DNA of 64,000 bases from the NCBI GenBank assembly GCA_016700415.1, contig CP065018.1, positions 2,869,284-2,933,283 on the forward strand, in the 5' to 3' direction. The translations under genes were made by a program, and so were the position numbers. Shown here piece by piece: positions 55,716 to 64,000 of this stretch; position 1 is the first letter of the stretch; every line of letters begins with the position of its first letter. The notes under the pieces are model-generated. The model did not search any database, was not told where the DNA came from, and saw only the letters and a list, made by a program, of their open reading frames with translations. The stretch is from Flavobacteriales bacterium. Lineage in GTDB: Bacteria; Bacteroidota; Bacteroidia; Flavobacteriales_F; PHOS-HE28.

Positions 55716-56723
55716 TCAGCCCGCCCACCTCGCCCAGATGGCCAGCAGGATCAGGCTCCAAACCGCAGCGTCCGCCCAGGCCGTGCGCTTCGCCTGCAAC
55801 AATGGATAGGTCAACAACAGCGCCGCCGGCAAGGCCAGCAGCACCGGCGGCACCCGTTGGTCCAGCCACCATGCGAAGAGCGCCAGCAGTCCCATGGCGA
55901 AGGCGAACGCCAGGAAGGCGGCACGGAGGTTTTTCTCCCACATCACGCTGCGTGCGTACACTGCGGCGAAGGAGATGAGCACGCTCACGGCGAGTATCAA
56001 CAGCACGACGACCAGGATCACGCGGTACATCCAGTGCCCTTCCGGCACAGCGGGCGTGCCCGGGCCGAAATGCATCGAGGCCACCGGCCGCCACGTTCCC
56101 GGAGCGATGAAATGGACCGCGCCCCAACCTAGGAAGAGCATCACCGCCATGCCGATCAGGGGCAGGACGTATTCCCGCCAATTCACCGGGCGTGTCACCG
56201 ACAAGGTGGCCCAGATCACCACCACGAGGAATGCATAAGGGAGGTAGAAAAGCCCGGCGATCCCCAGCAGAAGACCGGCATCGAACAAGGCGGACAAATT
56301 GTTCTTCCGCCCCAAGGAGGTCCAGGTGCGTGCCAGCGCCCAGATCAAGGCCCAGGAGCCGAGCAAAGCCGGGCCGGGCACGAGCCCGAAGGGACAGATG
56401 GACAGGAGAAGGGGAAAGAGCAATACCGGCAGGTGGTTGCGGCGTTCAAAGAGCTCGGAATCGTTCGCCATCCGGTTCAGGCTGTAGGAAACGCCCAGTA
56501 AAAGCAGCAGGCATACGCCGAACGCGGTCCAAGGCCCCAGTTCGATCAACCAGCGCACGGGTGCATACAGCGGCATGCCCGTCACCACTTGGTCGGCCAC
56601 GCCAGCAGCCGCTTTGAACGGCCAGCCCCCGGTGGTGCCGGCGCCGGGCCAAAGCAGAAGTATCAGTAATGGGAAGGGCAGATAAGCGGTAGGCTGGTCC
56701 TGCCGGAAAAAGCGTGTCAGCAT
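55716..56723 (-). CDS. integral membrane protein (about 10 TM), hypothetical
   Basis: Strongly hydrophobic, with no catalytic motifs. Sits between purQ and purD. Confidence 0.55.
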   Translation of the reverse strand: MLTRFFRQDQPTAYLPFPLLILLLWPGAGTTGGWPFKAAAGVADQVVTGMPLYAPVRWLIELGPWTAFGVCLLLLLGVSYSLNRMANDSELFERRNHLPVLLFPLLLSICPFGLVPGPALLGSWALIWALARTWTSLGRKNNLSALFDAGLLLGIAGLFYLPYAFLVVVIWATLSVTRPVNWREYVLPLIGMAVMLFLGWGAVHFIAPGTWRPVASMHFGPGTPAVPEGHWMYRVILVVVLLILAVSVLISFAAVYARSVMWEKNLRAAFLAFAFAMGLLALFAWWLDQRVPPVLLALPAALLLTYPLLQAKRTAWADAAVWSLILLAIWARWAG

Positions 56724-56795
56724 GGCCGGCCCGGGAGGGGACCGGGCAGCGGCTCCCGGTCGTTATCTTTGCCGCTCCTCAACGTGTGATATACC

Positions 56796-56975
56796 ATGAC
56801 CAACTTTTTCTTCGGCCTCGGCCATTTCCTGCAATGGACGTTCGAGTTCATCGTAGCGGCCAATTGGACCATCCCGGTGCTGTTCATTGCCGTCCTGCTT
56901 TTCGGCATGGCCTTCTGGTTGAGGACACAGACGGTGCTCTCGCGCAAGGCGAAGGACCGCGACGCGTTCATTTGA
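56796..56975 (+). CDS. small membrane protein (59 aa), not in the supplied ORF list
   Basis: ATG at 56796. MTNFFFGLGHFLQWTFEFIVAANWTIPVLFIAVLLFGMAFWLRTQTVLSRKAKDRDAFI has one or two TM helices and a basic tail. It has better coding character than the antisense ORF 56717-56971. Confidence 0.4.
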   Translation: MTNFFFGLGHFLQWTFEFIVAANWTIPVLFIAVLLFGMAFWLRTQTVLSRKAKDRDAFI

Positions 56976-58290
56976 TCGCCATCTTGGCCCCGCCGCCCTT
57001 GCCCGCCGTGGCGCGCAAGAGGTCGTGACCGATGTCGGTGCGGTTCGTTTTTCCTTCGAAGTCGATCAATGAGGCGCTGGCGTAGGCGTTGAGTATGGCA
57101 TGCTCGGTGTCCTTGCCGAAGGCCGTCACGCTGAGCACCCGCCCGCCCGCGGTCACTAATTCATCCCCTTTCATGGCGGTGCCGGATTGGAAGATGTGTG
57201 CGGCCTGCACCCTTTCAAGCCCCACGATGGGCTTTCCCGTTTCCACCTTTCCCGGATAACCTTCCGAGGCCAGCACCACGGTGGTGCTCGTGCGGTCGTC
57301 CACGTCCACGTGCCGTTCGCTCAGGGTGCCCGTGGCGATGCCCTCGAAGAGGTCCATCAGGTCGCTGCGCAGGCGCGGCAGAATGGCTTGCGCCTCCGGA
57401 TCGCCGAGGCGCACGTTGTATTCGATCACGTAAGGCTCGCCGCCCACGTTCATCAGCCCGATGAAGAGAAAGCCCTGGTAGGGAATACCCTCGCTGCGCA
57501 GGCCGCGGATGGTGGGCACCGCGATGCGGTCATTGACCTTGCCCATGAATTCTTTGTCCGCGAAAGGAACGGGTGAGACCGCGCCCATGCCGCCGGTGTT
57601 CGGCCCGGTGTCGCCGTCGCCGATGCGCTTGTAGTCCTTGGCCACGGGAAGCATCTTGAAGGCCTCGCCATCGGTGATGAGGAAAGCCGATACCTCTACG
57701 CCCGTGAGGTGCTGTTCGATCAGCACGCGTTCCGCGGCGGCACCGAAGCTGTCACCGCCGAGCATCGCGTTCAGCGTCGCTTCGGCCTCCTTGCGGTCCG
57801 CGCAGATCACCACGCCCTTGCCTTGCGCTAGCCCGTCCGCCTTGATCACGTACGGTGCCTCCATGCGGCCGATGTGTGTGATCGCCTCGGCCAACTGGTC
57901 CTTACCGAAGGCGCGGAACGCCGCCGTGGGGATGTTGTGCCGGAACATGAACTCCTTGGCGAATTCCTTGCTTCCCTCCAGTTGCGCACCGGCAGCCTTC
58001 GGGCCGATCACCGTCACTAAGCCCTTGAGCTGCGGGTCCGCCGCGATGCGGTCGTGCAGCCCGTCCACCAGCGGACCTTCAGGGCCCACCACCACCATGC
58101 GGATGCGCTTGTCGATGATGAGCTGCCGCACCGCGCGCTGGTCCTTCAGGTCCAGCTTCACATTGCGCCCGTGCCGCACCGTGCCGGGGTTCCCCGGGGC
58201 CACATACAGCTCGTCCAACATGGAGCTCTGCGCCAGTTTCCAGGCCAAGGCATGTTCCCTGCCCCCGCCGCCGATCAACAATACGTTCAT
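56968..58290 (-). CDS. purD: phosphoribosylamine--glycine ligase
   Basis: MNVLLIGGGGREHALAWKL N-terminus and the ATP-grasp core. Start at the internal ATG at 58290. Confidence 0.9.
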   Translation of the reverse strand: MNVLLIGGGGREHALAWKLAQSSMLDELYVAPGNPGTVRHGRNVKLDLKDQRAVRQLIIDKRIRMVVVGPEGPLVDGLHDRIAADPQLKGLVTVIGPKAAGAQLEGSKEFAKEFMFRHNIPTAAFRAFGKDQLAEAITHIGRMEAPYVIKADGLAQGKGVVICADRKEAEATLNAMLGGDSFGAAAERVLIEQHLTGVEVSAFLITDGEAFKMLPVAKDYKRIGDGDTGPNTGGMGAVSPVPFADKEFMGKVNDRIAVPTIRGLRSEGIPYQGFLFIGLMNVGGEPYVIEYNVRLGDPEAQAILPRLRSDLMDLFEGIATGTLSERHVDVDDRTSTTVVLASEGYPGKVETGKPIVGLERVQAAHIFQSGTAMKGDELVTAGGRVLSVTAFGKDTEHAILNAYASASLIDFEGKTNRTDIGHDLLRATAGKGGGAKMAIK

Positions 58291-58339
58291 GGTCCTGTGC
58301 CTTTCGCACAAAGGAAGAACCCTTCCGCTGGGAAAGGAA

Positions 58340-59107
58340 ATGAAGTTTCCAACAATTCAAGAAGTGACCGAGCGGGAAGCGGCACGAGCGCTGGGTTTGG
58401 ACTGCACCCTAACCCCGGCCCTCAGCACCTTCTACAACTACGCCGCGCTGCTCGGCCTAAAGCGCAAGCGACTTAAAGGGCTGGTAAAGAGGCAGGGTAT
58501 CCGGGCCACGACCCCTAATGAATACCTGCATGTGGATACCACCTTCTGGGGTTTGGACCATGACCTGAAGGCCGCGATCGTGCTGGTGAGTGATAACTTC
58601 TCAAAAGCCATTTTGGGGTGGAACATCGCACTCGGCAAGCACGCCGTCAATGTGGTGGAAGCGCTGCGCCAGGCCATCACTACCATTCACCAATACCATC
58701 CTGGGCAGGTGAACGCCAACCTTGTCGCCGACGCAGGTGGTGAAAACCATGCGGACTGTGTTGAGGCACTCCTGGATGCTACCAAGGATCCGCTCATCAC
58801 CAAGTTGATCGCGCAGCGGGACATTCGCTTTTCCAACTCCCCCATCGAGGCCATCAACAAGATCCTCAAGCAATATCTGCGGCATTACAACCCGCGCACA
58901 CTCCCCGCCTTAAAGAAGGTGCTCATCCAGTTCGTGCAGGATTATAATTCCGTAAGGCCGCATGGCACGCTCAAAGGCCTGACCCCGATGGAGGCGTACG
59001 TACACCCGGAGCTGAAACCCAATTTCCGAAAACCGGTCCAAGAGGTGAGGGGGATCCGATTGGAAGAGAATAGGAAAGGGAATTGTGGCGGTTGCATGAA
59101 CCAATAG
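58340..59107 (+). CDS. IS3-family OrfB-like DDE transposase (rve integrase core); lone, probably a remnant
   Basis: The tract ...TPNEYLHVDTTF...SDNFSKAILGW...SNSPIEAINKILKQ...YNSVRPHGTLKGLTPMEAY is the rve fold. There is no OrfA/HTH part upstream because purD starts 50 bp away. The upstream 700 nt of the ORF are antisense to purD. Confidence 0.72.
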   Translation: MKFPTIQEVTEREAARALGLDCTLTPALSTFYNYAALLGLKRKRLKGLVKRQGIRATTPNEYLHVDTTFWGLDHDLKAAIVLVSDNFSKAILGWNIALGKHAVNVVEALRQAITTIHQYHPGQVNANLVADAGGENHADCVEALLDATKDPLITKLIAQRDIRFSNSPIEAINKILKQYLRHYNPRTLPALKKVLIQFVQDYNSVRPHGTLKGLTPMEAYVHPELKPNFRKPVQEVRGIRLEENRKGNCGGCMNQ

Positions 59108-59270
59108 GGGATGGGCCACAGACCTCAAGCGGGGGAGAATGGGTCTTGGAATACGATCCGACGGAACTTCGATGGGATGATGGCGATCCGTTTCGGATCC
59201 CGGGTCCTTTCTTCCGCGATCCAATGACGGACAACTGATCAAGATGCGGTCCACACCTCCTTAAAACTGC

Positions 59271-59290
59271 CACTTCGAAATTTCGAAGTG
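59271..59290. promoter_or_regulatory. perfect 20-bp palindrome CACTTCGAAATTTCGAAGTG
   Basis: Read directly from the sequence. It lies in the non-coding stretch between the transposase remnant and the low-GC gene. It could be an operator or a terminator hairpin. Confidence 0.3.
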
Positions 59291-59403
59291 TTCATTCCGG
59301 GTTTCTCTTGGAAGTAGCACGGGTAACTCACGCTCTGCATTACTCTCCTGCACAAGGGTTTGCTTGTGACTACTGCCCAACTACCCACCAAGTGCTGCAA
59401 GAG

Positions 59404-59859
59404 TTATGCACTTTTCAATGGCGGGACGGGTGGGTGCAAAACATTCTCCACAACACCGGACGGGGATAACATCTTATCGCCTTGCATTCTCGTGAATAAC
59501 TCTCGCAGTGAAGCGTAATCAACAGGATAATGATGGCCCTTGTATGAAACGGTATCAATGCCACACGATTCTAAATATGTCCCGATACGCCATGAGTCTA
59601 TGCCATTTGGCACTTCAACCATCGCAGCGTGCGCGTCCACCACCACACCGCTCCTTGGCTGCTTGAACGTTATTCCAGATCCGTGAACGTGATACTCCCA
59701 ATACTCATTGGTTGTCACAAATCCAGATTTAGGAATAGATGAAACAAAGTTTTCACGCCCTGATGGGTGGTCATGATTAGCGAATATCCTATCAACAAGC
59801 TCCTTCTGTATTCTTGCATATTCGACCAATAACCTGATTATGTCTTTGGTGCCGGTCAT
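59404..59859 (-). CDS. hypothetical protein in a low-GC islet (possible orphan immunity/accessory gene)
   Basis: 151-aa ORF whose DNA has 38-45% GC against ~63% for the window, and is flanked by transposase genes. No motif recognised. Confidence 0.5.
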   Translation of the reverse strand: MTGTKDIIRLLVEYARIQKELVDRIFANHDHPSGRENFVSSIPKSGFVTTNEYWEYHVHGSGITFKQPRSGVVVDAHAAMVEVPNGIDSWRIGTYLESCGIDTVSYKGHHYPVDYASLRELFTRMQGDKMLSPSGVVENVLHPPVPPLKSA

Positions 59860-59952
59860 CTTCGAAGCGTTTCCCTTAGATATTGGGCCTCGGATACTTG
59901 GGCGGCTCGTAAAGCTGATTGTTGCGGGCTAAGAGAAATAGTGTTTACAGGC

Positions 59953-60026
59953 CCCACGCTCCCGCAAGTCTTCCCGGCCAGCAAAAACTTGCGTTCCAAC
60001 ATGGATAGCCGGGGCGACTTGTGGGT
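59953..60026 (+). repeat. hairpin repeat copy 1 (left end of the IS200-like element)
   Basis: cccacgctcccgcaagtcttcccgg...ccggggcgacttgtgggt. The arms are mutually complementary (17-nt stem, 3 mismatches). About 88% identical to 63641-63714. Confidence 0.65.
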
Positions 60027-60085
60027 GCTGTACGATGCTTCCATCCATGCTTATCCGTGAAGTCTTCGGACTTCACACCAAGACC

Positions 60086-60634
60086 TTAATACGGCTCCAA
60101 TTTAAGCAGACCCGGCTTTCCTGCAATGGCCGGTGCTGAGCTGTAAACGTAATCCTCCGCCTGTTCCACATAACCCTCCACCGCCGGGTTATCGTGCAAG
60201 TAATTCAACTTCTGCGTGATCACCTCCCCAGAGATCAACTGTACGGGTCGATCGTCTTGTCGCCAAAACTGGTAATGCATGTTGTTCGAGTTGGCCGCGC
60301 CGGCCTTGGCAAAGATCGGCAGCATCCATTCCTTGCGGCTCTCTTGGTTGTTATCTGCAATGGCCTTTAAGATCTGCGAGGATGTGAATTTCTTGAGGTC
60401 CCGCAGGATGTCCGGCAAGGCATGGCCTTCTGCCGCCGCCGCGATCAAATGCACATGGTTGCTCATGATCACCCAGGCGTACAACAGCAGGCCTTTCTTC
60501 TCCTGGCAATGTCTCAGGCTGTCCACAATGATGTCCTTGTATTCGCGCCGAGTGAACACGTCCACCCACTCGACGGTGGCGAAGGAAATGAAGTAGGTTC
60601 CTTCGGGATCGTGGAACTTGTAGCTACGGCTCAT
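60086..60634 (-). CDS. tnpA: IS200/IS605-like Y1 (HuH) transposase, Bacteroidetes 'TnpA_REP' type
   Basis: 183 aa. MSRSYKFHDPEGTYFISFATVEWVDVFTRREY..., the HuH motif in SNHVHLI, and the catalytic Tyr in YVYSS. Confidence 0.85.
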   Translation of the reverse strand: MSRSYKFHDPEGTYFISFATVEWVDVFTRREYKDIIVDSLRHCQEKKGLLLYAWVIMSNHVHLIAAAAEGHALPDILRDLKKFTSSQILKAIADNNQESRKEWMLPIFAKAGAANSNNMHYQFWRQDDRPVQLISGEVITQKLNYLHDNPAVEGYVEQAEDYVYSSAPAIAGKPGLLKLEPY

Positions 60635-60713
60635 GCAGCTCCGAAGGTAGTTCCGTGCGGCAGTCTGAAGACTGCCGGAAGCTTCCGTGCCTTTATCGGC
60701 TTCTGAGCGTATG

Positions 60714-60808
60714 CCCACAAGTCGCCCCGGCCTGTATGGTCAGGAGCCATGCCTGCGGCAGACAGGCTCACTTTACCGTTGGGCCGGGAAGACTTGCGGG
60801 AGCTTTGG
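60714..60808 (-). repeat. hairpin repeat copy 2 (inverted; right end of the IS200-like element)
   Basis: gcccacaagtcgccccgg ... ccgggaagacttgcgggagc is the reverse complement of the copy-1 arms, with a longer internal loop. Confidence 0.6.
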
Positions 60809-61135
60809 GGTTCGTTGAACGAATTCGTAGAAAGCGTTGCCTTGGCGACCAACAACATATACACAACCGGCATCAACAGCAGTTCGGATGTCGACTATGA
60901 CCCCTCTGCGGAGCATGTATTGCCGTTGACCGCTGCCGGCGATAATGACATCCTCCTTCTGCATTACCCACTTTCAGGCAAGGTGATCGGCGATGAGCGA
61001 CCACCTGTCCGGAAGTGGTGGCCCATACCGAAGCCCCACATTCCCTATTACATCGGTGCGGCGATCATAGGGATCATGGTCATTGTCTTAGTGCGCGTGA
61101 AGCGCCGTCGCGGAGGAGAGGGGAACGGTGCCTAG
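60749..61135 (+). CDS. hypothetical single-pass membrane protein (speculative; its start lies inside repeat copy 2)
   Basis: C-terminal TM helix plus a basic tail (IPYYIGAAIIGIMVIVLVRVKRRRGG). The only in-frame ATG is inside the inverted repeat, so the ORF may be an artefact. Confidence 0.2.
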   Translation: MPAADRLTLPLGREDLRELWGSLNEFVESVALATNNIYTTGINSSSDVDYDPSAEHVLPLTAAGDNDILLLHYPLSGKVIGDERPPVRKWWPIPKPHIPYYIGAAIIGIMVIVLVRVKRRRGGEGNGA

Positions 61136-61269
61136 TGCTTGTTGAACCGGCGCAGTGTGTCCGTCGTTTATGATCGTAAACGCAGCGTGAACGTGGCTCT
61201 CTGCTGCTGCCCCGATGCAATGATGTACCGGTCACGATCGTGATCGATCCCCGATTGAAGGAGCAGGGT

Positions 61270-63186
61270 TCATTGCTCGGCGATAAGCACTTTGCCGGTC
61301 ACGACCACAGCATTGTAGCTCACGCGCACGCTGTACACGCCTGGCGTCGGGGACTGTAGCTTCACCTGTGTATTGCCCGTGGCCCCCGGCAGCACATCCA
61401 CTGCGACCAACCTGCCCAGCGCATCCCGAACATCGATCACGGCGCCATCAGGAACGCTCGATACCATGAACGCTCCATTGCTCGGGTTCGGATAGCATAG
61501 CAATGCGTCCTGGATCAATTGCACCGGGACCACCGGCGAGAACTTGAAGCTCCCGTCCAAGTCCACGGTCCGCAGCCGATAATAGCTCAAGCCCGGCAGC
61601 GGCGCATGGTCCGTAGTGGCGTAGCGGATCGGCATCTGTGAGTTCCCCGCCGCGTCGACCACATCCACTTTTTCCCAGGTCCCCGTATCGCCGGAGCGTT
61701 CCACATCGAAGTGCGAACTGTTCAACTCGCTCGCCGTGACCCACTCCAAAGCCACATCCCGGTCGATGGCCTTGGCCTCGAAGGATAAGAGCTCCACGGG
61801 CAACGGAGAACAACTCACCCCGGCAGTGCCACCGAACTGCAGGGGTACCGTAGTGGTCACAGAACTCCAATTGCTGAAGCAGATGAGCCATTGTGTATTG
61901 GCCCCTACGTTCAAGGGTGGCTCGAAATTGCTCGGATCCCCCCCGGCGGGAGGTGTGGTTGCCAAGCCGGTCCCCCCGAACGAAACGCCGTTCCAATTGC
62001 AGCGTACCGGCGCGAGTGCATTGGACGCAACGGCACCGCACGCACTGGCATCGTACGGGTACATGGCCCAGTCGTAGAAGCCTGTTTGTGTGCCCAAGCC
62101 TCCGAAAGTGAAGGCCAACGAGCCGCCGGTGAGCACGTTCACCACCATCCACGTACTGTTCAATTCCTCGTTCCGCAAGCAGCCTTCGTTATAAGTGCCC
62201 CAGGGATTGTAGTACGGTGGCGTGAACGAGAAAATGCCATAGTCGGGATTGCCATAGGAGCCGAGCGGAGGGATCTCATTGGTGTTTCCGAAGCCATTGG
62301 GGTCGATCTGGAAATCGATGTTCGTGCACACGGGCACTGCCAGAATGCAATCGCTGGCCGTCACCGGAGGGGGTACCGAGGAAACGGTGATGCTGAACGT
62401 ACCCGGGCAGGGGCTCTGAGGTGTGGGCCACGTATCGAAGATGATCCAATACTGCACCCCGGCCGTCATTGTTACGACGAGGCTCTGAGCGGTGCCAGTA
62501 CCACTTACCGACCCCTGGCACATTCCCCCGGCAGCAGGGCATGCACCACTGTATACCCAGATCGAACTGTAGCTCTGTCCGGCGTAATTGATCACGTAGT
62601 TGTCCGTGGTGGTGGGCGTCACCGAGTACAGGGCTTCGTTGCCTCCAAGATAGAGCGTACTGCCCGAGCCGCAGATCCCCACGTTCGTGCTCGTAAGCAG
62701 ATCGGAAGCGTGACAGATAACGGCCTGTCCGGTCACGGGCAGGCTCGGGATGCTCACCGCCGTGCACTGTCCTGGAGGAGGGGGGCATGAAGTACAGGCG
62801 ATCGTCGTAGTGCAACAGTTGCTCGCCGTTCCGCAAGCTGCGTTGGTGTTCCAGTGCAAGTAATAGGTGCCGGCCGTCGGTGCCGTGAAGGTCAATGGCG
62901 AATTACCGTTCGCGACAAACGTCCCGTTGTAGGTGACTCGTCGCACGGTGATGTAGCCTCCGCAGTCACTGGTGACCGTGTATGACGTTCCCGCGACGAT
63001 GCCCGTTATGGTGCTGTATTCCGACTGGAAACTGCAAGTGCTGATGGTGACCGGGGTAGTGCTCGTGGGGGCGGCGGCGGAGCCGTATGCCGTGGTATTC
63101 GTACACTGCCCACTCGCTGTGATCATGCATCCGACGGCCATCGCGCACAACAGGGGGCGGAGGATGGATGTCGGGAGGTTTGCCAT
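61270..63186 (-). CDS. Cys-rich secreted protein with a T9SS C-terminal sorting domain
   Basis: Internal ATG at 63186 gives the signal peptide MANLPTSILRPLLCAMAVGCMITASGQ. There are many Cys and Thr/Ser-rich Ig-like segments. The C-terminal tract LLCYPNPSNGAFMV...GVYSVRVSY...VLIAEQ is a type-A CTD. Confidence 0.75.
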   Translation of the reverse strand: MANLPTSILRPLLCAMAVGCMITASGQCTNTTAYGSAAAPTSTTPVTISTCSFQSEYSTITGIVAGTSYTVTSDCGGYITVRRVTYNGTFVANGNSPLTFTAPTAGTYYLHWNTNAACGTASNCCTTTIACTSCPPPPGQCTAVSIPSLPVTGQAVICHASDLLTSTNVGICGSGSTLYLGGNEALYSVTPTTTDNYVINYAGQSYSSIWVYSGACPAAGGMCQGSVSGTGTAQSLVVTMTAGVQYWIIFDTWPTPQSPCPGTFSITVSSVPPPVTASDCILAVPVCTNIDFQIDPNGFGNTNEIPPLGSYGNPDYGIFSFTPPYYNPWGTYNEGCLRNEELNSTWMVVNVLTGGSLAFTFGGLGTQTGFYDWAMYPYDASACGAVASNALAPVRCNWNGVSFGGTGLATTPPAGGDPSNFEPPLNVGANTQWLICFSNWSSVTTTVPLQFGGTAGVSCSPLPVELLSFEAKAIDRDVALEWVTASELNSSHFDVERSGDTGTWEKVDVVDAAGNSQMPIRYATTDHAPLPGLSYYRLRTVDLDGSFKFSPVVPVQLIQDALLCYPNPSNGAFMVSSVPDGAVIDVRDALGRLVAVDVLPGATGNTQVKLQSPTPGVYSVRVSYNAVVVTGKVLIAEQ

Positions 63187-63203
63187 CTTCACCCTATGTT
63201 CGT

Positions 63204-63599
63204 TCACCGGTTCAGCGCAGGGCCGCAGTTGCATGCCTGGGGATCCAAATGCTTGAATTGGCCGCTAGGGGCGAGGGGTCCGCGCTTGAAGCAGTGTGCG
63301 CTCACCCCGAATGGCTGGATGAGGGTGTTTATAGCGCCCAGGTCAAGCGTGCATTCCGGCAAGGCATGGATCAGCAGGTTCTTCGTGTACATATCGGTCC
63401 TGCTCATCACTACGTTAGGCTGGGCCGCCAACACCGCATTGATCTCGGCTGCGTGTTGTGGCGAAACGATACCCGTGATCACCGCTTGGATCTGGTCCAC
63501 CTGACAATGGCTGGCGGGGGAGAAGGTGATGACGCATACCACTAGGAGCGCCATCCTCAGCACCGCTGCGGACCATCGACGCGAATATCTACTGGCCAT
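63204..63599 (-). CDS. hypothetical secreted protein
   Basis: N-terminus MASRYSRRWSAAVLRMALLVVCVITFSPASHCQ looks like a signal peptide. No recognised domain. The solo hairpin repeat lies 42 bp upstream. Confidence 0.4.
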   Translation of the reverse strand: MASRYSRRWSAAVLRMALLVVCVITFSPASHCQVDQIQAVITGIVSPQHAAEINAVLAAQPNVVMSRTDMYTKNLLIHALPECTLDLGAINTLIQPFGVSAHCFKRGPLAPSGQFKHLDPQACNCGPALNR

Positions 63600-63640
63600 G
63601 AACTAACAAAACAAGTGAATTATCACGATGTACACAAGGT

Positions 63641-63714
63641 CCCACGCTCCCGCAACTCTTCCCGGTCAGCAAGATCTTGCGTTCCGGCATGGTCAGCCGG
63701 GGCGACTTGTGGGT
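63641..63714 (+). repeat. hairpin repeat copy 3 (solo, MITE/REPIN-like)
   Basis: 74 bp, ~88% identical to 59953-60026 with the same arm sequences. There is no adjacent transposase. Confidence 0.65.
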
Positions 63715-63753
63715 AATGCGAAATACTTTTCTCCAATCCTATCCGTGCAGGCT

Positions 63754-64000
63754 TCACTCCCGCTTCACGCTGCACCCGATGTTGCGCGTGGTGGCCGGTT
63801 CCGGTGCGCGCCCTTCCACTACGGCGGTGATGGCGTTCCGCAGCCACGGCTCTTTCACGCCGTCGGCACTTTTCACGTTATCGTCGATCGCGCCTTTGTA
63901 GACCAGCTTCATGTCCTTGTCGAAGAGGAAGACATGGGGCGTGGTGCGGGCACCGAAGGCATCGGCCAGCGCATGGCCTTGGTCCAGCAGGTAGCTACCA
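63754..64000 (-). CDS. thioredoxin-fold (TlpA/redoxin-like) protein, C-terminal 81 codons; N-terminus lies beyond the window end
   Basis: Reverse-strand translation ...SYLLDQGHALADAFGARTTPHVFLFDKDMKLVYKGAIDDN...NIGCSVKRE* shows the TPHxFLxDKDGKxVYxGAIDDN redoxin signature. Stop codon at 63754-63756. Confidence 0.55.
   Translation of the reverse strand, partial: GSYLLDQGHALADAFGARTTPHVFLFDKDMKLVYKGAIDDNVKSADGVKEPWLRNAITAVVEGRAPEPATTRNIGCSVKRE

Larger units (their letters stand above)
59953..60808 (-). mobile_element. complete IS200-like / REPIN-like element: Y1 transposase bracketed by inverted hairpin ends
   Basis: Copy 1 (59953-60026) and an inverted copy 2 (60714-60808) share the terminal arms cccacgctcccgcaagtcttcccgg and ccggggcgacttgtgggt. 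The transposase gene lies between them. Confidence 0.6.

Noticed and set aside
57638-58339. 5' part of the 489-aa forward ORF
   Set aside because: Antisense to purD. The transposase domain begins at the ATG at 58340.
59856-60044. 62-aa reverse-strand ORF
   Set aside because: It lies entirely within hairpin repeat copy 1, so it is a repeat-derived pseudo-ORF, as are 63677-63901 and the 5' end of 60749-61135.
1-64000. CRISPR arrays, rRNA and tRNA genes
   Set aside because: No regularly spaced direct repeats, no rRNA-like conserved stretches and no cloverleaf candidates were found on reading both strands.

Overview
High-GC (~62-64%) chromosomal segment, most likely from a Bacteroidota genome: at least six proteins carry Por/T9SS C-terminal sorting domains, promoters look SD-less, and there are Bacteroidetes-typical gene fusions (MurF-Alr, DAHP synthase-chorismate mutase, MoaC-MogA). 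Most of the window is housekeeping: tdk, murF/alr, rsmI, gmk, nadD, udk, rlmN, ispB, dnaG, purQ and purD. There is a near-complete molybdenum-cofactor biosynthesis cluster (moeB-like E1, TauE/SafE permease, moeA, mobA, moaD, moaE, moaC-mogA, with moaA, tag and fdhD nearby). It is followed by a translationally coupled group III truncated haemoglobin / membrane protein / RIC (YtfE-ScdA) / hemerythrin cassette. Other notable content: a secreted pentaheme c-type cytochrome with a T9SS C-terminal domain; a membrane dihaem cytochrome c; a HicB-HicA toxin-antitoxin pair; two MORN-repeat proteins; large BNR/sortilin-like, FG-GAP/ASPIC-UnbV and LTD-CotH secreted proteins; and a CDF metal exporter. Mobile and repeat content is concentrated in two places. 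(i) Just after dnaG there is a REP-associated tyrosine transposase (RAYT) flanked by five GTGACCCC-N3-4-GGGGTC palindromes in inverted clusters, with a 44-aa remnant of a cytosine-5 DNA methyltransferase beside it. (ii) A low-GC (down to ~38%) islet holds an IS3-family OrfB remnant, an orphan low-GC gene and an IS200-like Y1 transposase bracketed by inverted copies of a hairpin-forming ~74-95 bp repeat; a third solo copy of that repeat lies 3 kb away. I found no rRNA, tRNA or CRISPR array. Several of the long six-frame ORFs are antisense artefacts of the high GC content and are listed as rejected.
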